DNA of 64,000 nt. Source: Eledone cirrhosa. Taxonomy: Eukaryota. This document shows positions 26,614 through 41,174 of the stretch, piece after piece. The number at the start of each line of letters is the position of its first letter. The first letter of the stretch is position 1. The stretch spans positions 293,570,001 to 293,634,000 of the forward strand of contig OZ024741.1 in NCBI GenBank assembly GCA_964016885.1, given 5' to 3'. The position numbers and the translations under genes are program-made. The notes beneath the pieces are model-generated. The model was not told where the DNA came from, searched no databases, and was given only the letters and a program-made list of their open reading frames with translations.

Positions 26614-26674
26614 TATTCTATTATATATATTTCAAAGGTACCAAAACTTTGGTACGCTTTCATCAGATAAAATA
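26614..26674 (-). ncRNA. Minimal type-I hammerhead ribozyme (left arm)
   Basis: TATTTTAT-CTGATGA-AAGCGTACCAAAGTTTTGGTACCTTT-GAAA-TATATA-TA-ATAGAATA on the minus strand. Confidence 0.75.
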
Positions 26675-27365
26675 CAAAGTTTGTTTTATAAATTTTGACA
26701 TAACCAAGAAAAAATACCTTATCGCTTCAAGTTTTCCTTGAATAGAAAAGAAAAGAAAAGTCAGATATTTCAAATTATTAAGATGAGTATGCAAATGAGG
26801 TTGAGGTAAAGGGCTGAAAAAAAATGTTATTTTAGATGCTATGGAGAATTTAAATAATTAGGATATGTATATGTATGCGTAGGAAAGAAGAAAAAGGAAA
26901 AGGAAAAAAAAAAGGAAGACGAGCTTGTATTTACGTTAATTTCGGGGAAAAAGGTGGAATATGATTCAAGAGTTTAAATTTAAATTTATTTACCTATATT
27001 ATGAGTTATAATATTGTATATATAATCAATTAGATTATATGAAGAATTATGGTTGTAAGTATTTTTCTCTTATTACATTACAATAGGTTATATGTATATA
27101 AATATCTATATAGATTAATAATTGTGCATGTATTAGTATTAGTATTATTTTCTTCTTTCCTACGCATACATACACATATCCTAATTATTTAAATTCTCCA
27201 TAGCGTCTAAAATAACGTTTTTTTCAGCCCTTTACCTCAACCTCATTTGCATACTCATCTTAATAATTTGAAATATCTGACTTTTCTTTTCTTTTCTATC
27301 CAAGGAAAACTTGAACCGTTAAGGTATTTTTCTTGGTTATGTCAAAATTTATAAAACAAACTTTG

Positions 27366-27426
27366 TATTTTATCTGATGAAAGCGTACCAAAGTTTTGGT
27401 ACCCTTGAAATATATATAATAGAATA
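27366..27426 (+). ncRNA. Minimal type-I hammerhead ribozyme (right arm)
   Basis: Stem I TATTTTAT/ATAGAATA, core CTGATGA (27374-80), stem II GTACCAA/TTGGTAC, GAAA (27407-10), short palindromic stem III, predicted AUA cleavage after 27418. Confidence 0.75.
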
Positions 27427-28449
27427 AATATGGTTTTATAAATATAGTTTCCATTTATTTAATATCATTGAATATTATACTCCAGAAAATCTTTTGAGTG
27501 CTCTGAATCAGTTATAAACATTTATATTTGTTGAATTACCAACAAATTGAATATCCCATTTGCTTATATATATATATATGTATATATATATATAGAGAGA
27601 GAGATATATACATGCACATAAAGACACGCACACTCTCATAAATTTAGTTTTTGTTATATTTTGTGTTTTATATATGTATATATATATATATATTTGGGGA
27701 TGATTCTATTCTACATGCTTGCCTGTTAGAATTTATTTGCATTTCTTGAACTCCAACACCAACATGACCACTACCATTACTGTTCTTTTCCCTCCCACTT
27801 AGATCTATCATATTTCCTGGCAACACTTCTTTAAGAGAGTGTCACCTAAGCAATTTCCTTACTTATATAGCTTGAAGTATTGTAAGAAAATTGATTCTGA
27901 AATGAAAATTTACACTGACATATCAATTACAGTGAGAGGAAGAGAGAGGGAAGTTTTAGGTGGTGAGATAGTATTTTGTTTGTTTTATCTCATTATTATT
28001 TCTTCAATGAATAAGTAAAAAAAAAACAATAAATGGTTGGGTGGACACAGTGTCAGATTGTGGACAGTCATTATTTTGGCCAGAATTACTGGACAAGCAG
28101 TTCATAACATACCATCACATTATCAGCAATGGGCTGAACACTGTAATATTTACAACTGAACACACACATACATATTTGGTCACACACACATACTTGGACA
28201 CCTATGTACACAGACACACACACACATAAACACTTGGCCACTCTAACATACAAATAGAAGCACACATGCAGATACACTTACACACATACACATTGACACA
28301 CACATTTGCACAAACACAGAGACACTAACATGCATCACAATCATATTCAACAGTTAAGACGTTCAATTTCCATGTCTGAAATTCAAACCTAATTTGCGGT
28401 GTCTTTGGCAAGTCTTTTATACATTAGCCCTAGCTTGACCAAAGCTTCT

Positions 28450-28770
28450 TCTTCTTTGCCCACTTATTATTTATGAGAGTGTCATTGGGGCAGAATCCTC
28501 AAAAACTCCTTCCAGCAGGTCCTGTCAGAAGCAACTGGTGGATCCCCAAGCAAGACAAGCCAAGCTAATGGATGTTATCCAACTATCTTGCTTGGGTCTA
28601 CTCATGAGTCTCTTGATGGCTGGTTTTGCTCATAAAATCTGTCCCAAAATTCTATCCTGAGACGTTCTAGCCACATGTCCATAGTATTGGAGTTGTGATC
28701 TATCAATTTGGAGAAGTACTGGTTCTACATGCAGTGTCTCTCTGATCTCTGAGCTACGTTCTCTATTGTA
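28450..28770 (-). mobile_element. Old RTE (Expander/Rex3-like) C-terminal fragment
   Basis: RSSEIRETLHVEPVLLQIDRSQLQYYGHVAR...RPK; related old fragments at ~47520-47805 and ~55000-55640 (both minus). Confidence 0.7.
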
Positions 28771-29194
28771 ACATTGCTCCAAAGACCCTTTTTTCAGTTA
28801 AATTAGATTGATGAAAACTGTATGGAACTCTTTCAGATGGATTGTTGCCTGTAGACCTTGACTATATGAAAAACTTTGTTTTCTTCAGGAGCTAATATCT
28901 GTCAAATATCCATGGATTCGTACTCTGTCAACATTTTTTTGTTTTATCTCTCTATTACTAAGCATACCTTATCTGTATAAAACGTACACTTTATATGTAT
29001 AAGTATATATTGCAAAAGATATCTGATATGTATATTATGAAATATATACACTATATGTATAAGTATAAAATAAAATACTGAGACATTATTTAATATATTT
29101 TACACATAAATATGTCATGTTGAACTTAAACCAAGTTCTATATTATTACTTTTACATATTGTTTTATGAAATGCACATGCATTCACATCTATAT

Positions 29195-29348
29195 CAGTGG
29201 CGTATTTCTGGGGATGCAGCTGAGCCTCCTCCTACCCACCAAAAAAAGTTGTTAGAAAAGTTAGTAATTTTTGTTGGAAAATTAGTCATTTTTGTCAGAA
29301 AATGTTGAACCTCTGCATCCCCAAAATGAAAGGAGCAATGCGCTTATG
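29195..29348. mobile_element. hAT-like MITE (154 bp)
   Basis: Perfect 8-bp TSD ATCTATAT (29187-94, 29349-56); ends CAGTGGCGTA / TGCGCTTATG; subterminal GGGGATGCAG/CTGCATCCCC inverted repeat. Confidence 0.75.
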
Positions 29349-30667
29349 ATCTATATAGATATACACAATGACTTATATATACACACAAGCACCTACAGTA
29401 ATTCAAAGTTATTTTCCTTCTTAAATTTATTATAATTATACCACAGTGAACTATAATTATATTCTACAAAGTGATTTAATCATGTTATTTGTGTACAGTT
29501 TTACATTAATGCTTTTTCTGTTATGTATGCAATTGATGTATATAATGCCATTAATTATTAGCCTATTTTGTTACAATTGATATTTAGAATATATTATCAT
29601 ATTGCTATAATAGAGAAATATGGAAATATTCATTAACTCATAAAATCTGATAAGAATTTAGCAGAAGATATCTAAAAAGGGGGTTGTTAATTTAAATATT
29701 TATAGTATTTCAATTACTGAACAGATCATTGTGACCATTTGCAGTATAAGAGTGAAGTTTAAATTGTCATATTATGCAGTCATAGTGCTGTTTTGTACTC
29801 TTAAAATCCTGTAAGGATTTAACAGAAGGTATCTAAAAATGGATTTAATTTAAATGTTTATAGTATTTGGACATATTGTTGAGATAATTTGCAGTATAAG
29901 AGGAAATTTTGATTTGTAATGTGCTGCTTTGGTAATTTCAACTATGTTTCGCTAATACGGTTTCATGTGGTATAGGATGTTAAGAGTTAAGGAAGACCTA
30001 CAAACCTATAAACAATTTACAAGTAAATATATAAATATAATTCAATAAGGAATAAAGAATAAATGTCAATAAGAAATAAAATTGACCAAAGATAGTTGGA
30101 AAGGTCAGTAGTACATAATCTGCAGACATATAACAAATATTATAAACTTTGACCTATGGCAATTTTATGATTAAATTAGGTATAATTATAAGTGTCTGTT
30201 GTTGTAAGTGTATGTACTGATAGTTGTGCAGATTCTCAGGTGCAGGATACTCTATAATTAGTTCAATAAATAGATGGGTAGTGGTCTATGTTTTTGTCTA
30301 CCATTGTTGGTTTCCAAGTATGTTGTGAGTTAGTATCTAGAGATTAGACAACAGGGAATTGTGTGGTCAGATCTGGGTTCCATCCAGTCTATCCAACATA
30401 CCTTTTGAATATAGATAGCTCTTGTATATTATGTGTCTACATGCAGTTACTTTCTCTGATTTTTTTTTATTATTAAAAGAATTCCAATAACTTCCTACAT
30501 ACAGAGGTCATATGACATTTTGTTAACTGTATATAGGACAGCCCTCACTAGGCAGTCTACAGAAGTTGGTATCTTGCTGGCTCCTTTTGTTTCAATATAT
30601 GGGTTGATAGTGCCGGGCCATGAACAAAATATATTGGTTATATCAATGCTTGAAACTATGAACACAC

Positions 30668-32520
30668 ATCATCATCATCATCATCATCATCATCAACGTT
30701 TAACGTCCGTGTTCCACGCTTGCATGGGTTTGGACGGGGGTAGTCCCACTTGAGGCAAGAGTGATTGTCTTGCTCGCATAGGACTGTCTGGCAGGTTTTC
30801 TACAGTTGGATGCCCTTCCTAACACCAACCACATTTACAGTGTGGGTCTGGGAGGTTTTTACCGTGTTGCCTACACGGCCACATTACAGCGTGGACTGTG
30901 TGTTTTTTTGTCGTGACACCTACACGATCTCATTTGTTTCGGCCTGGATGGCGCGGCACCAACATAACTTTACATAGAACGGGGTGGTGTGGATGGGGTG
31001 GAGGTGGTGGCGGGACGGGGTGTATTTTGTTAGAGATGCCTACTGGCAAGGCGGGTCTTCTCTGTTACTGAGTACCGCCAAAGGTCTCGGTCCAGTGACA
31101 TTGTCTTGGAGAGGTGTAAGTGTGTGAGGTCGGAGTTTATCAGCTCATCCCATGTTTTTCTAGGTCTGCCTATTCCGTGGCTACCGTCTATCTTTATTGC
31201 CCTGCACTTTGTAATACAGCTATCGACTTTCATGCGCATCACGTGTCCATACCAACGCAGCCTTCTCTCGAGTAAACAACATCTGATCCCTCTTATCTCT
31301 AATTTTTTCCTTAGTTCGTTTATGCTTTGCCGTTCACGTATATTACTGTTACACATCCAGCGGAGCATGCAAGCTTCGTTCCTCTCTAGTCTGCGTATAT
31401 CCTCTGCACACAATGCCCAGGTCTCACTACCATGCAACATTGCTGTTCGTATGCAGGCATCGTACAACCTGCCTTTCATTTTTAGGGAGAACCCTTTAGC
31501 AGCTAATAGTGGTATAAACTCTCTGAACTTTTTCCAACCAGTTCTGACTCTAGCTACAGTACTTTCAGAGCACCCTCCCCCACTGCTGATTTTATCGCCC
31601 AGGTAACGGAAGCTGTCCACTATTTCTATAGAACCCTCTGCGCAATTGAAAGAGCTAGTATTTTGTGGGCACTTGCTGCTACTTATTGCACCAGAACACC
31701 GGCCACATGTAAAGTCTATGTTCTTAGTTAGCTTACCTGTGATCCCACTACATCTTTTATGCACCCATACTTTGCATTTAGGACATAAGATGGAGTTTCT
31801 ACCTACGCCTTTCCTACATACCGAGCACGACCATTTCCCAGAAGGGACCGCCGCCTTGTTTTCTTTCCTACAAACTAGAACTTTGGTCTTAGCCAGGTTA
31901 ATTTTAAGTCCTTTTGACTCTAGGCCGTGCTTCCATGTTTGGAATTTCTTCTCTAGCTCGGCCATTGATTCCGCTATGAGTGTCAGGTCGTCTGCGTATA
32001 GGAGTTCCCATGGGCAGCCTGTCTTGAACTCCTCTGTTATAGCCTGAAGGGCAATAATAAATAGTAGGGGCTGAGAACAGAGCCCTGATGGACGCTAACT
32101 TTTACGCTAAACTCTTCACTATATTCGTTGTTAATTCTAACCTTGCTGACTGTTTCTTTATACATGGCTTGTATAGCCCTCACAAGCCATTCGTCAACGC
32201 CTAGTTTTCTAAGAGCCCACCAGATAATGGAGCGGGGGACTCTGTCGAAGGCTTTCTCCAGGTCGACAAAAGCTAAGTAGAGGGGTTTACCTTTAGCTAG
32301 GTACTTCTCCTGTAGTTGTCGTACTATGAAAAGAGCGTCTGTGGTGCTTTTGCCTGACACAAACCCGAACTGCATTTCATCTAGGTCAATTCTCTCTCTG
32401 ATTAGTTGCGCTATTACTTTTTCCGTGACCTTCATGACCTGGTCGATTAATTTAATGCCTCTATAGTTACTCCTATCTAGGGCGTCTCCTTTACCCTTAT
32501 AACAGTTAACGATGATGCTG
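30668..32520 (-). mobile_element. 5'-truncated RTE LINE (RT, PHD-like zinc finger, 3' UTR, tail)
   Basis: ORFs 32037..32435 and 31030..31965 are separated by one frameshift; FVDLEKAFDRVP, LYADD, CSVC..C..C..WVH..C; (CAT)n at 30668-30694. Confidence 0.95.
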
Positions 32521-32534
32521 CTATGCTGCTATAC

Positions 32535-32570
<36 letters not shown>

Positions 32571-32677
32571 ATGTATGTGTGTGTATATATATATATATAA
32601 AAGTAGAAACAATTATTAAACAAAAAGTGATTTACATTGAATACGTGTGTGTGTGTGTGTGTGTATGTATGTGTGTC

Positions 32678-32733
<56 letters not shown>

Positions 32734-33551
32734 CACACATACATACACACACACACACACGTATTCATTGTAAATCAGTTTTTGGTTTAATAATTATTTC
32801 TACTTTAGGCACAAGGCCAGCAATTATCCAGTGCATTACTGGTACTTTATTTTATCGACCCCGTAAGGATGAAAGGCAAAGTCAACCTCGGCGGGATTTG
32901 AACTCAGATCATAAAGGGACGTAACAATGCTGGAAAGCATGGCGTCCGACCCTCTACCGATGCTGCCAATCCACCATTTTGTTTTTGGTTTAATAATAAG
33001 AGTTCTTCAGTTGTACATGTGTGTGAAAAGGTGTGTAGAACAGATACATATAAGATATATGATAGTTATACCCATAAATACTTATACATGCACCCATACA
33101 TATATTTGAATATACATACATATAAATATATATGTACACATACATGCATACATACACAGACAAATGTATATATATATATATGTATGTGTGTGCATACATA
33201 CATACATACACCCACATACATTACATTTATTTTCCTAGTTTCCATTCTTTTCATATTTTAATCTTTCTGTCTCCAAAGACATAAGACTGAAAAATATCAA
33301 AATAAAAATTGTAAAATCTCTTAATTTACTAAATGCCAACACCAAAGAAGTAACGAAAAGCGAAATATAAATTTAATAAGCGTAATAAGTGTTGAAAGAA
33401 CCTAAAAACAAAATAAGGACATTTGTAAAAAAACGTCAAATAAATATCCGGATCATTCTTTGTGAACCAAATTTTCCAGGCGCCATCTCTTTATTTATTT
33501 AGTTAGGTTACTTTCTGGAGCAATATCCATTTTGTTGCCCTCATATATATG

Positions 33552-33603
<52 letters not shown>

Positions 33604-33674
33604 ATTGTCTGGGTGTGTAGGTATACACACATATATATATATATACATAGATATATAGTATATATATATATATG

Positions 33675-33705
<31 letters not shown>

Positions 33706-33719
33706 ATTATATATATATG

Positions 33720-34060
33720 TATCATCATCATCATCATCATCATCATCATTTTACGTCCGCTTTTCCCTGCTTGCAAGGGTGGTACGGGAATTGATTCTGG
33801 CTTGATTTCTACAGCTGGATGCCCTTCCTAACACCAACCTCATTTACAGTGAGTGCTGGGTGCTTCTTTTCCATGGCGCCTACACGTCCACTTTGCAGTA
33901 GGAATGATAGGGACCCCAGTCCTATCATTTCATTTCTACAGCTGAGTAAACTGGAGCAATGTGAAATAAAGTGTCTTGCTCAAGGAAACAACACATCACC
34001 CGGTCTGAGAATTGAACTCACAACCTTTCGATTGGTCTAACCACTAAGCCATATGCCTCC
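33720..34060 (-). mobile_element. SINE family A copy
   Basis: Near-identical to 16533-16881 with a small head deletion. Confidence 0.9.
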
Positions 34061-34127
<67 letters not shown>

Positions 34128-34156
34128 TATATATATATGCATATATATATGTATAC

Positions 34157-34189
<33 letters not shown>

Positions 34190-34190
34190 C

Positions 34191-34231
<41 letters not shown>

Positions 34232-34237
34232 CATTTA

Positions 34238-34328
<91 letters not shown>

Positions 34329-34329
<1 letters not shown>

Positions 34330-37300
34330 CATCATCATCATCATCATCATCGTTTAACGTCCGTGTTCCACGCTTGCATGGGTTTGGAGGGGGGTTTTCC
34401 CACTTGAGGCAAGAGTGATTGTCTTGCTTGCATAGGACTGACAGCTGGATGCCCTTCCTAACACCAACCACATTTACAGTGTGGGGCTGGGAGGTTTTTA
34501 CCGTGTTGCCTACACGGCCACATTACAGCGTGGACTGTGTTTTTTTTGTCGTAACACCTACACGATCTCACTTGTTTCGGCCTGGATGTTGTGGCACCAA
34601 CATAACTTTACATTGAGAGGGGAGGTGTGGATGGGGTGGGGGTGGTGGGACGGGGTGTATTTTGTTAGAGATGCCTACTGACTGTAGTAGGTTTTACTTT
34701 GTATTTAGGTAAGGCGGGTCTTCTCTGTTACTGAGTACCGCCAAAGGTCTCGGTCCAGTGACATTGTCTTGGAGAGGTGTAAGTGTGTGAGGTCGGAATT
34801 TATCAGCTCGTCCCAGGTTTTTCTGGGTCTGCCTACTCCGTAGCTACCGTCTATCTTTATTGCCCTGCACTTTGTTATACAGCTGTCGTCTTTCATGCGC
34901 ATCACGTGACCATACCAACGTAACCTTCTCTCGAGTAAACAACATCTGATCCCTCTTATTTCTAATTTTTTCCTTAGTTCGCTTATGCTTTGCCGTTCAC
35001 GTATGTTACTATTACACATCCAGCGGAGCATGCAAGCTTCGTTCCTCTTTAGTCTGCGTATATCCTCTGCACACCATGCCCAGGTCTCACTGCCATGCAA
35101 CATTGCTGTTCGTATGCAGGCATCATACAACCTGCCTTTCATTTTTAGGGAGAACCCTTTAGTGGCTAATAGTGGTATAAGCTCTCTGAACTTTTTCCAT
35201 CCAGTTCTGACTCTAGCTACTGTACTTTCAGAGCACCCTCCCCCACTGCTGATTTTGTCACCCAGGTAACGGAAGCTGTCCACTATTTCTATAGAACCCT
35301 CTGCGCAATTGAAAGAGCTAGTATTTTGTGGGCACTTGCTGCTACTTATTGCACCAGAGCACCGGCCACATGTAAAATCTATGTTCTTAGTTAGCTTACC
35401 TGTGATCCCACTACATCTTTTATGTACATATACTTTGCATTTGGGACATAAAATACAGTTTCTACCTACGCCTTTCCTACACACTGAGCATGGCCATTTC
35501 CCGGAAGGGACCGTCACCTTATTTTCTTTCCTACAAACTAGAACTTTCATCTTAGCCAGGTTAATTTTAAGCCCTTTTGATTCTAGGCCATGCTTCCATG
35601 TTTGGAATTTCTTCTCTAGCTCGGCCATTGATTCAGCTATGAGCGTTAGATCATCTGCATATAGGAGTTCCCATGGGCAGCCGGTCTTGAACTCCACTGT
35701 TATAGCCTGAAGGGCAATAATAAATAGTAGGGGGCTAAGAACAGAGCCCTGATGTACACCAACTTTTACACTAAACTCTTCACTATATTCGTTGTTAATT
35801 CTAACCTTGCTGACTGTTTCTTTATACATGGCTTGTATAGCTCTCACAAGCCATTCGTCAACGCCTAGTTTTCTAAGAGCCCACCAGATAATGGAACGGG
35901 GGACTCTGTCGAAGGCTTTCTCCAAGTCAACAAAAGCTAAGTATAGGGGTTTACTTTTAGCTAGGTACTTCTCCTGTAGTTGTCGTACAATGAAAAGAGC
36001 GTCTGTGGTTCTTTTGCCTGACACAAAACCGAACTGCATTTCATCTAGATCAATTCTCTCTCTGATTAGTTGCGCTATAACTTTTTCCGTGACCTTCATG
36101 ACCTGGTCGATTAATTTAAAGCCTCTATAGTTACTCCTATCTAGGGCATCTCCTTTACCCTTGTAACAGTTAATGATGATGCTGCTACGCCAGTCCTTCG
36201 GAACAACCCCATTCTGTATGACTTGGTTTACTATCCGGGTGACCATGGTGTGTCCTACCGTTCCAGAGGCTTTCAGCATCTCAGCAACTATTTCCGAAGG
36301 CCCAGCCGCCTTACCCATCTTCATATCTTTGATTGCCTTACTTATTATACTACCTTCGACTAACACTGCCGGTCCCTCTATTGGGTCGATGTGGGGGAGA
36401 CTGTCTTTCTCCCATTTATTCTCCTCATTTAGAAGCCTTTTGTAGTGACACCTCCAAGCTACCTTCTTATCAGCGTCAGTGATGGCAAGTATACCATCAT
36501 CATTAAGTACACACTTCTCCCCGACAATATCATGGTTTTCCTTGACACATTGCCTAGCAATCCTGAACACCTCACGTTTTTGGTCCTCACGTTGTAGAAC
36601 ATGCTTGAACTTTCTTTCCTCTGCTTCTCTTCTTGCGAAGTACACTTGTCTCCTAGATTCCCTCCTGGCCACTTGATAGTCTTCTCTACTTCCGCCATCC
36701 CGCCATACTTTCCAAGCCTGCTTGTTGGCCTTAATTGACACCTCCACCTTACTGTTCCACCACCATGTTACTCTCCTCCTACCTACAGGCCTGCTCCAGC
36801 CACAGACTTCGTCTGCCGCCGTCAGCAGGTTTGCTTTCAGGAATACCCACTGTTGCTCTATATTATCTGACTCTAATTGCTCTTCCTTACTGTCGAAAGC
36901 ATCAAGTAACATGCTTTGAAATTTATTTCTGGTTGTGGGGTCCTTTAACTTCCATATTTTTCTCCTGAGGATAGTCCTCTTCTGTTGTATAGTACGTCTC
37001 GTCCTGACTATGAGGTCGCTAATTAGCAGTCTATGTTGGGAGGTGCATTCTTCATGGGGGAAGGATTTTGTGTTTACAGACACTCTGTCACGTCCTCTGG
37101 TAAGGATATAATCTACCTGGCTGGTATGTTCCCCCGATCTGTAGGTGATCAAGTAATTGTCTCGTTTTTAGAAGTTAGTGTTACAGATAGTTAGGTTATT
37201 TGCATCACAGAATTCCAGGATTCTGGAGCCTTCCTCATTTCTAGTACCAAACCCATAGCCTCCGTGGATTCCGTCATAGCCGTCACAATGTTGACCAACG

Positions 37301-38235
37301 TGGCCATTTAGGTCGCCAGCAATAATTATATAGTCACTGTCGGTTATTTGGGAGGTAGTGAGCATCAGTGTCTTATAGAATCTGTCTTTTATAGCGCCAG
37401 GCAGTCCGGATTGGGGCGCGTATGCCGATATTACTGTCACAGTAGTTCTATTTAGAACAAGTCTTATTTTAATTATTCTGTCATTTACTCTATTTACATC
37501 TATTATCTTATCCACCCATTTTTCTGCTAACATGATTCCTACCCCACCTATCCCATTGTCATTTCCCACCCAGAAGAGCTTATAGCAACGTTTTTTACCC
37601 ACAATGAATCTAGCAGACCCGCCCCTCCATCTGGTCTCTTGGATACAGCAAACATCAACCTCCTTATGTTCAAGCATTTCTACAACCTCGTTAGAGCGGC
37701 CTTTTAAGGTGCCTACATTTATGGTACCAACTCTGAAGTTTTGGATTGTGTTTGGAGGATGGGACACAGGGATGGATGAGGGGGATGGGGTTGGGGTTAT
37801 GTTGGCCATCCGCGGCCGAAACAAAGAGGAGGGGGACTTGCCCTTTCGTCCGGCAGCATGAGGTGAATTTGTTGTTATCTTTGGCATTGTCATCGAGTGT
37901 CCAGAATCTTCAGACTCTCCAGAAATTCCTTAGTTCATCCATCATATCGAAAAGCAGCCAGAAGTGATAGCATAGGTTGTTGACTTGTGATTGGTCCAAA
38001 TAATAAGGTGGAGGGTGGAGAGTGGGGGCGGGAGGGTGGAGAGTGGGGGCGGGTGTGTGGGGTAGTTAGCAAAGTGGGGTAGTTAAAAATATAGTTAAAA
38101 AAATACAAGAAGATTATTTAGAAACAACCAGACAGAATTATAGAATAGAATAAATATGAATGAATGAACCGATAGGCTGGAGAGAGATCAGAAAAATGGC
38201 ATTTACATTATAATTCGCAGGAACGAGGTCTCACC
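34329..38235 (-). mobile_element. Near full-length RTE LINE inserted in (TA)n
   Basis: 5' UTR ~37894-38235, single ORF, 3' UTR, (GAT)n tail at 34329-34351; (TA)n on both sides. Confidence 0.96.
34705..37893 (-). pseudogene. RTE APE-RT polyprotein, 1063 codons, one in-frame TAA at 37168-37170
   Basis: ORFs 37168..37893 (GTINVGTL, IQETRW, AGDLNGHVG) and 34705..37152 (QVDYIL, FVDLEKAFD, QGSVLSP, LYADD) are in frame and 15 nt apart. Confidence 0.93.
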
Positions 38236-38640
<405 letters not shown>

Positions 38641-38869
38641 TATCTATGTATAACACATGCTAGCGTGGAAAATGGACGTTAAACGAAGATGATGATGATG
38701 ATATAGTATATACATGTCTTGCAGAGAAATCAAGACAGTTTTTACGATGCATAAAACTGGTTATAAATTCTAAAATAATGGTATTAGACTGATATAATTT
38801 TTATGTAAAATTTGTTATAACAAAAACATTTATATAATTTTTATGTAAAATTTGTTACAACAAAAACAT

Positions 38870-39352
38870 TTATCACTCAATATAGCTGCCCTTTTTGACA
38901 ATTACTCTTCATAGCTCTGGACACTGTGGAAAGGGACACATTGCATTTCTTTGCAAGTGTTGTCATGGATGTGGTTGGGTTGGCTTCAATCATGAATTTG
39001 AGGCCAGCGAGAAACTTTGGATTACGCTTGAAATCCCTTTGAGCCTTGTGTTCTTTCTTACCAATCTTTCCCTCTTCTTTAAATTGTTCATACACATGAT
39101 AAACTTTTGCTTTTGGAGGTTTGTCAAATTAACAATTCTATTAGCAGTGTGCCTGGTACATGGCAAAACAACAATGGCGGAATGATTCTGTTGTTCCATG
39201 ACTTTCTCTTGTCTAATCAGTTTGCTATTTACCTGAAAAATAAAAAGGAGGATTAGATTTTCAATCAAGCAAGGTTTTGTCAAAAATTGAAATGTTAAAC
39301 CCACTAAATAAACTGCTTAAAATTGGTCCCAATTTATCTTGAAAACCTTGTA
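38870..39352 (-). mobile_element. Tc1/maT-like transposon 5' fragment (HTH region)
   Basis: KRNPKFLAGLKFMIEANPTTSMTTLAKKCNVSLSTVSRAMK helix-turn-helix; TA-CAAGGTTTTC terminus at ~39350. Confidence 0.65.
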
Positions 39353-39359
39353 TATAGTA

Positions 39360-40850
39360 TATGTATCCTGAAGGTGTGTCAACAGCAACGTGCATCTCCT
39401 CTTGCTATTCTGTGAAGAAACTTACTGGATGATGGCTATATACCTAAAATCTTTTCCCCAATCTGTTGTCTCAGTTTTCAAAAAGGAAAACATATCCCTT
39501 TCAGTGTTTTACTGTCTGATCTCACTCACCTCCCATATCATTAATCTATTTGAAATGGTGTTGAGATCATGAACAACTTATATTCTGGAAAGTAATAATC
39601 AGCTGAACTCCAACTAACATAGGTTCCATAATGGAAGGGTTATCCTAACGCAGCTCCTGCATCACTTGTCATTTTAAGAGCTTTGAGTGAGGGCTCCAAA
39701 ATTCATGTCATCTACGTCGGTATGAACATGGCCTTTGACAGGGTTAATCACAACATTCTACTGAAAAATTCTATCCAACATTAGTGTCTCTGGAAAGTTA
39801 CTGCAATGGATCAAGTGTTTCTTGACAAACAGTACCCAACATGTTGTAGTTAAAGGAGTACAATCAAGCCCATCCAAATTCAGTAATGGCATTCCACAAA
39901 GTACTGTAATGGGCCCACTTCTTTTCATTATCTATATAAATGGCATAACAGACGTCATCAAGCACAGGAACATAAAAATCTTTGCAGATGATTCCAAGCT
40001 CCAGAATGTCATCAATGGTTTGGGTGACCAGACATGCTTTCAATCATATCTACTTGCTGTTATCCATTGGGTGGAAAAAAACAATATGCTGCTGAACCAG
40101 GATAAATTCGAGTTAATCCACTTCGGAAAAGAGGATGCACTGAAATTCCCATATTCCCCTCCTTCAGGTGAAACTCTCATAGCATCCAACAAAATCAGAG
40201 ACTTGTTGATAACAACATAAACTGGGTCACTCATATAAACAACAAAGTTGACATGGTGCTGTGAATGTGTTCCTGGATTCTCAGAACTTTCCAGTCAAGA
40301 GATAGCTACACCTGTATCCTCCTCTTCTCTACTTTTGCTCGACCCCACCTTGAATACTGTTGTCGACTGTGGTTTCCCCACACAAAAAAAGTATTATGAA
40401 AATTGAAGCACCTCGAATGTCAATCACAAAAACAATAGATGGCATGACAGGCCTTGACTATTGGGTTCACTAGAAAAGCTCAAACTCTATTCTCTCCAAT
40501 GCCGCCATGAGCACTATATTATCTGCATGATGTGGAAAATATTCCATCAGCTTTTCCCAATTATGTTGGCATCACCTTTAAAGTGCACTTAATGCTTTGG
40601 TCATGTGCTATCTGGCCACAACAAAAATTAAACTCACATCTCATAACAACATTATGGCACAACTATTTTACCTTCCGTTTTCTTTAACATTATATCATAA
40701 CACATTAAAACAGAAACAGACCCCATAAAATTCAAAAAGTCTTTGGACAAATTCCTCCAAGTAATCCTGGATAAATCTCCTACACCTGGATATGTCTGCG
40801 TAAACAATAACTCTCTACTTGAGTGGGCCATGGTGTCCAAATCCTTTGCA
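39360..40850 (+). mobile_element. CR1/L2-group LINE RT and C-terminal fragment, decayed
   Basis: ISLTSHI, AFDRVNH, GIPQSTVMGPLLFIIYIN, IFADDSKL, RPHLEYC..W.P. Confidence 0.85.
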
Positions 40851-41174
40851 GCATAGAGTTACGGACCTTTACGGTTTGAGTTCAAATCCCACGAAAGTTA
40901 ACTTTGCCTTTCATCCTTACGGGGTCAATAAAATAAAGCACCAGTAATGCACTGGGATAATTTCTGGCCTTGTGCCAAAAGTAGAAACAATTATATATGT
41001 ATATATTATATAAGTATATATTATATATGTATGTATATATTTATATGTATATATTTGTGTGTCAGTGTATGTATATATATTTCTAAAATATTATTTTAAT
41101 TACATAACATTAGTATGCAAACAAATTCTAGAAATAACATGAAGTAATGTAAACAATCTGACAAACTATCCTGT

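Larger units (their letters stand above)
26565..27565. mobile_element. Fold-back element: ~330-bp inverted arms (26565-26894 / 27147-27475), ~250-bp spacer, ~90-bp tail; one hammerhead per arm
   Basis: Arms are near-perfect reverse complements; TA-rich flanks on both sides. Confidence 0.9.
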
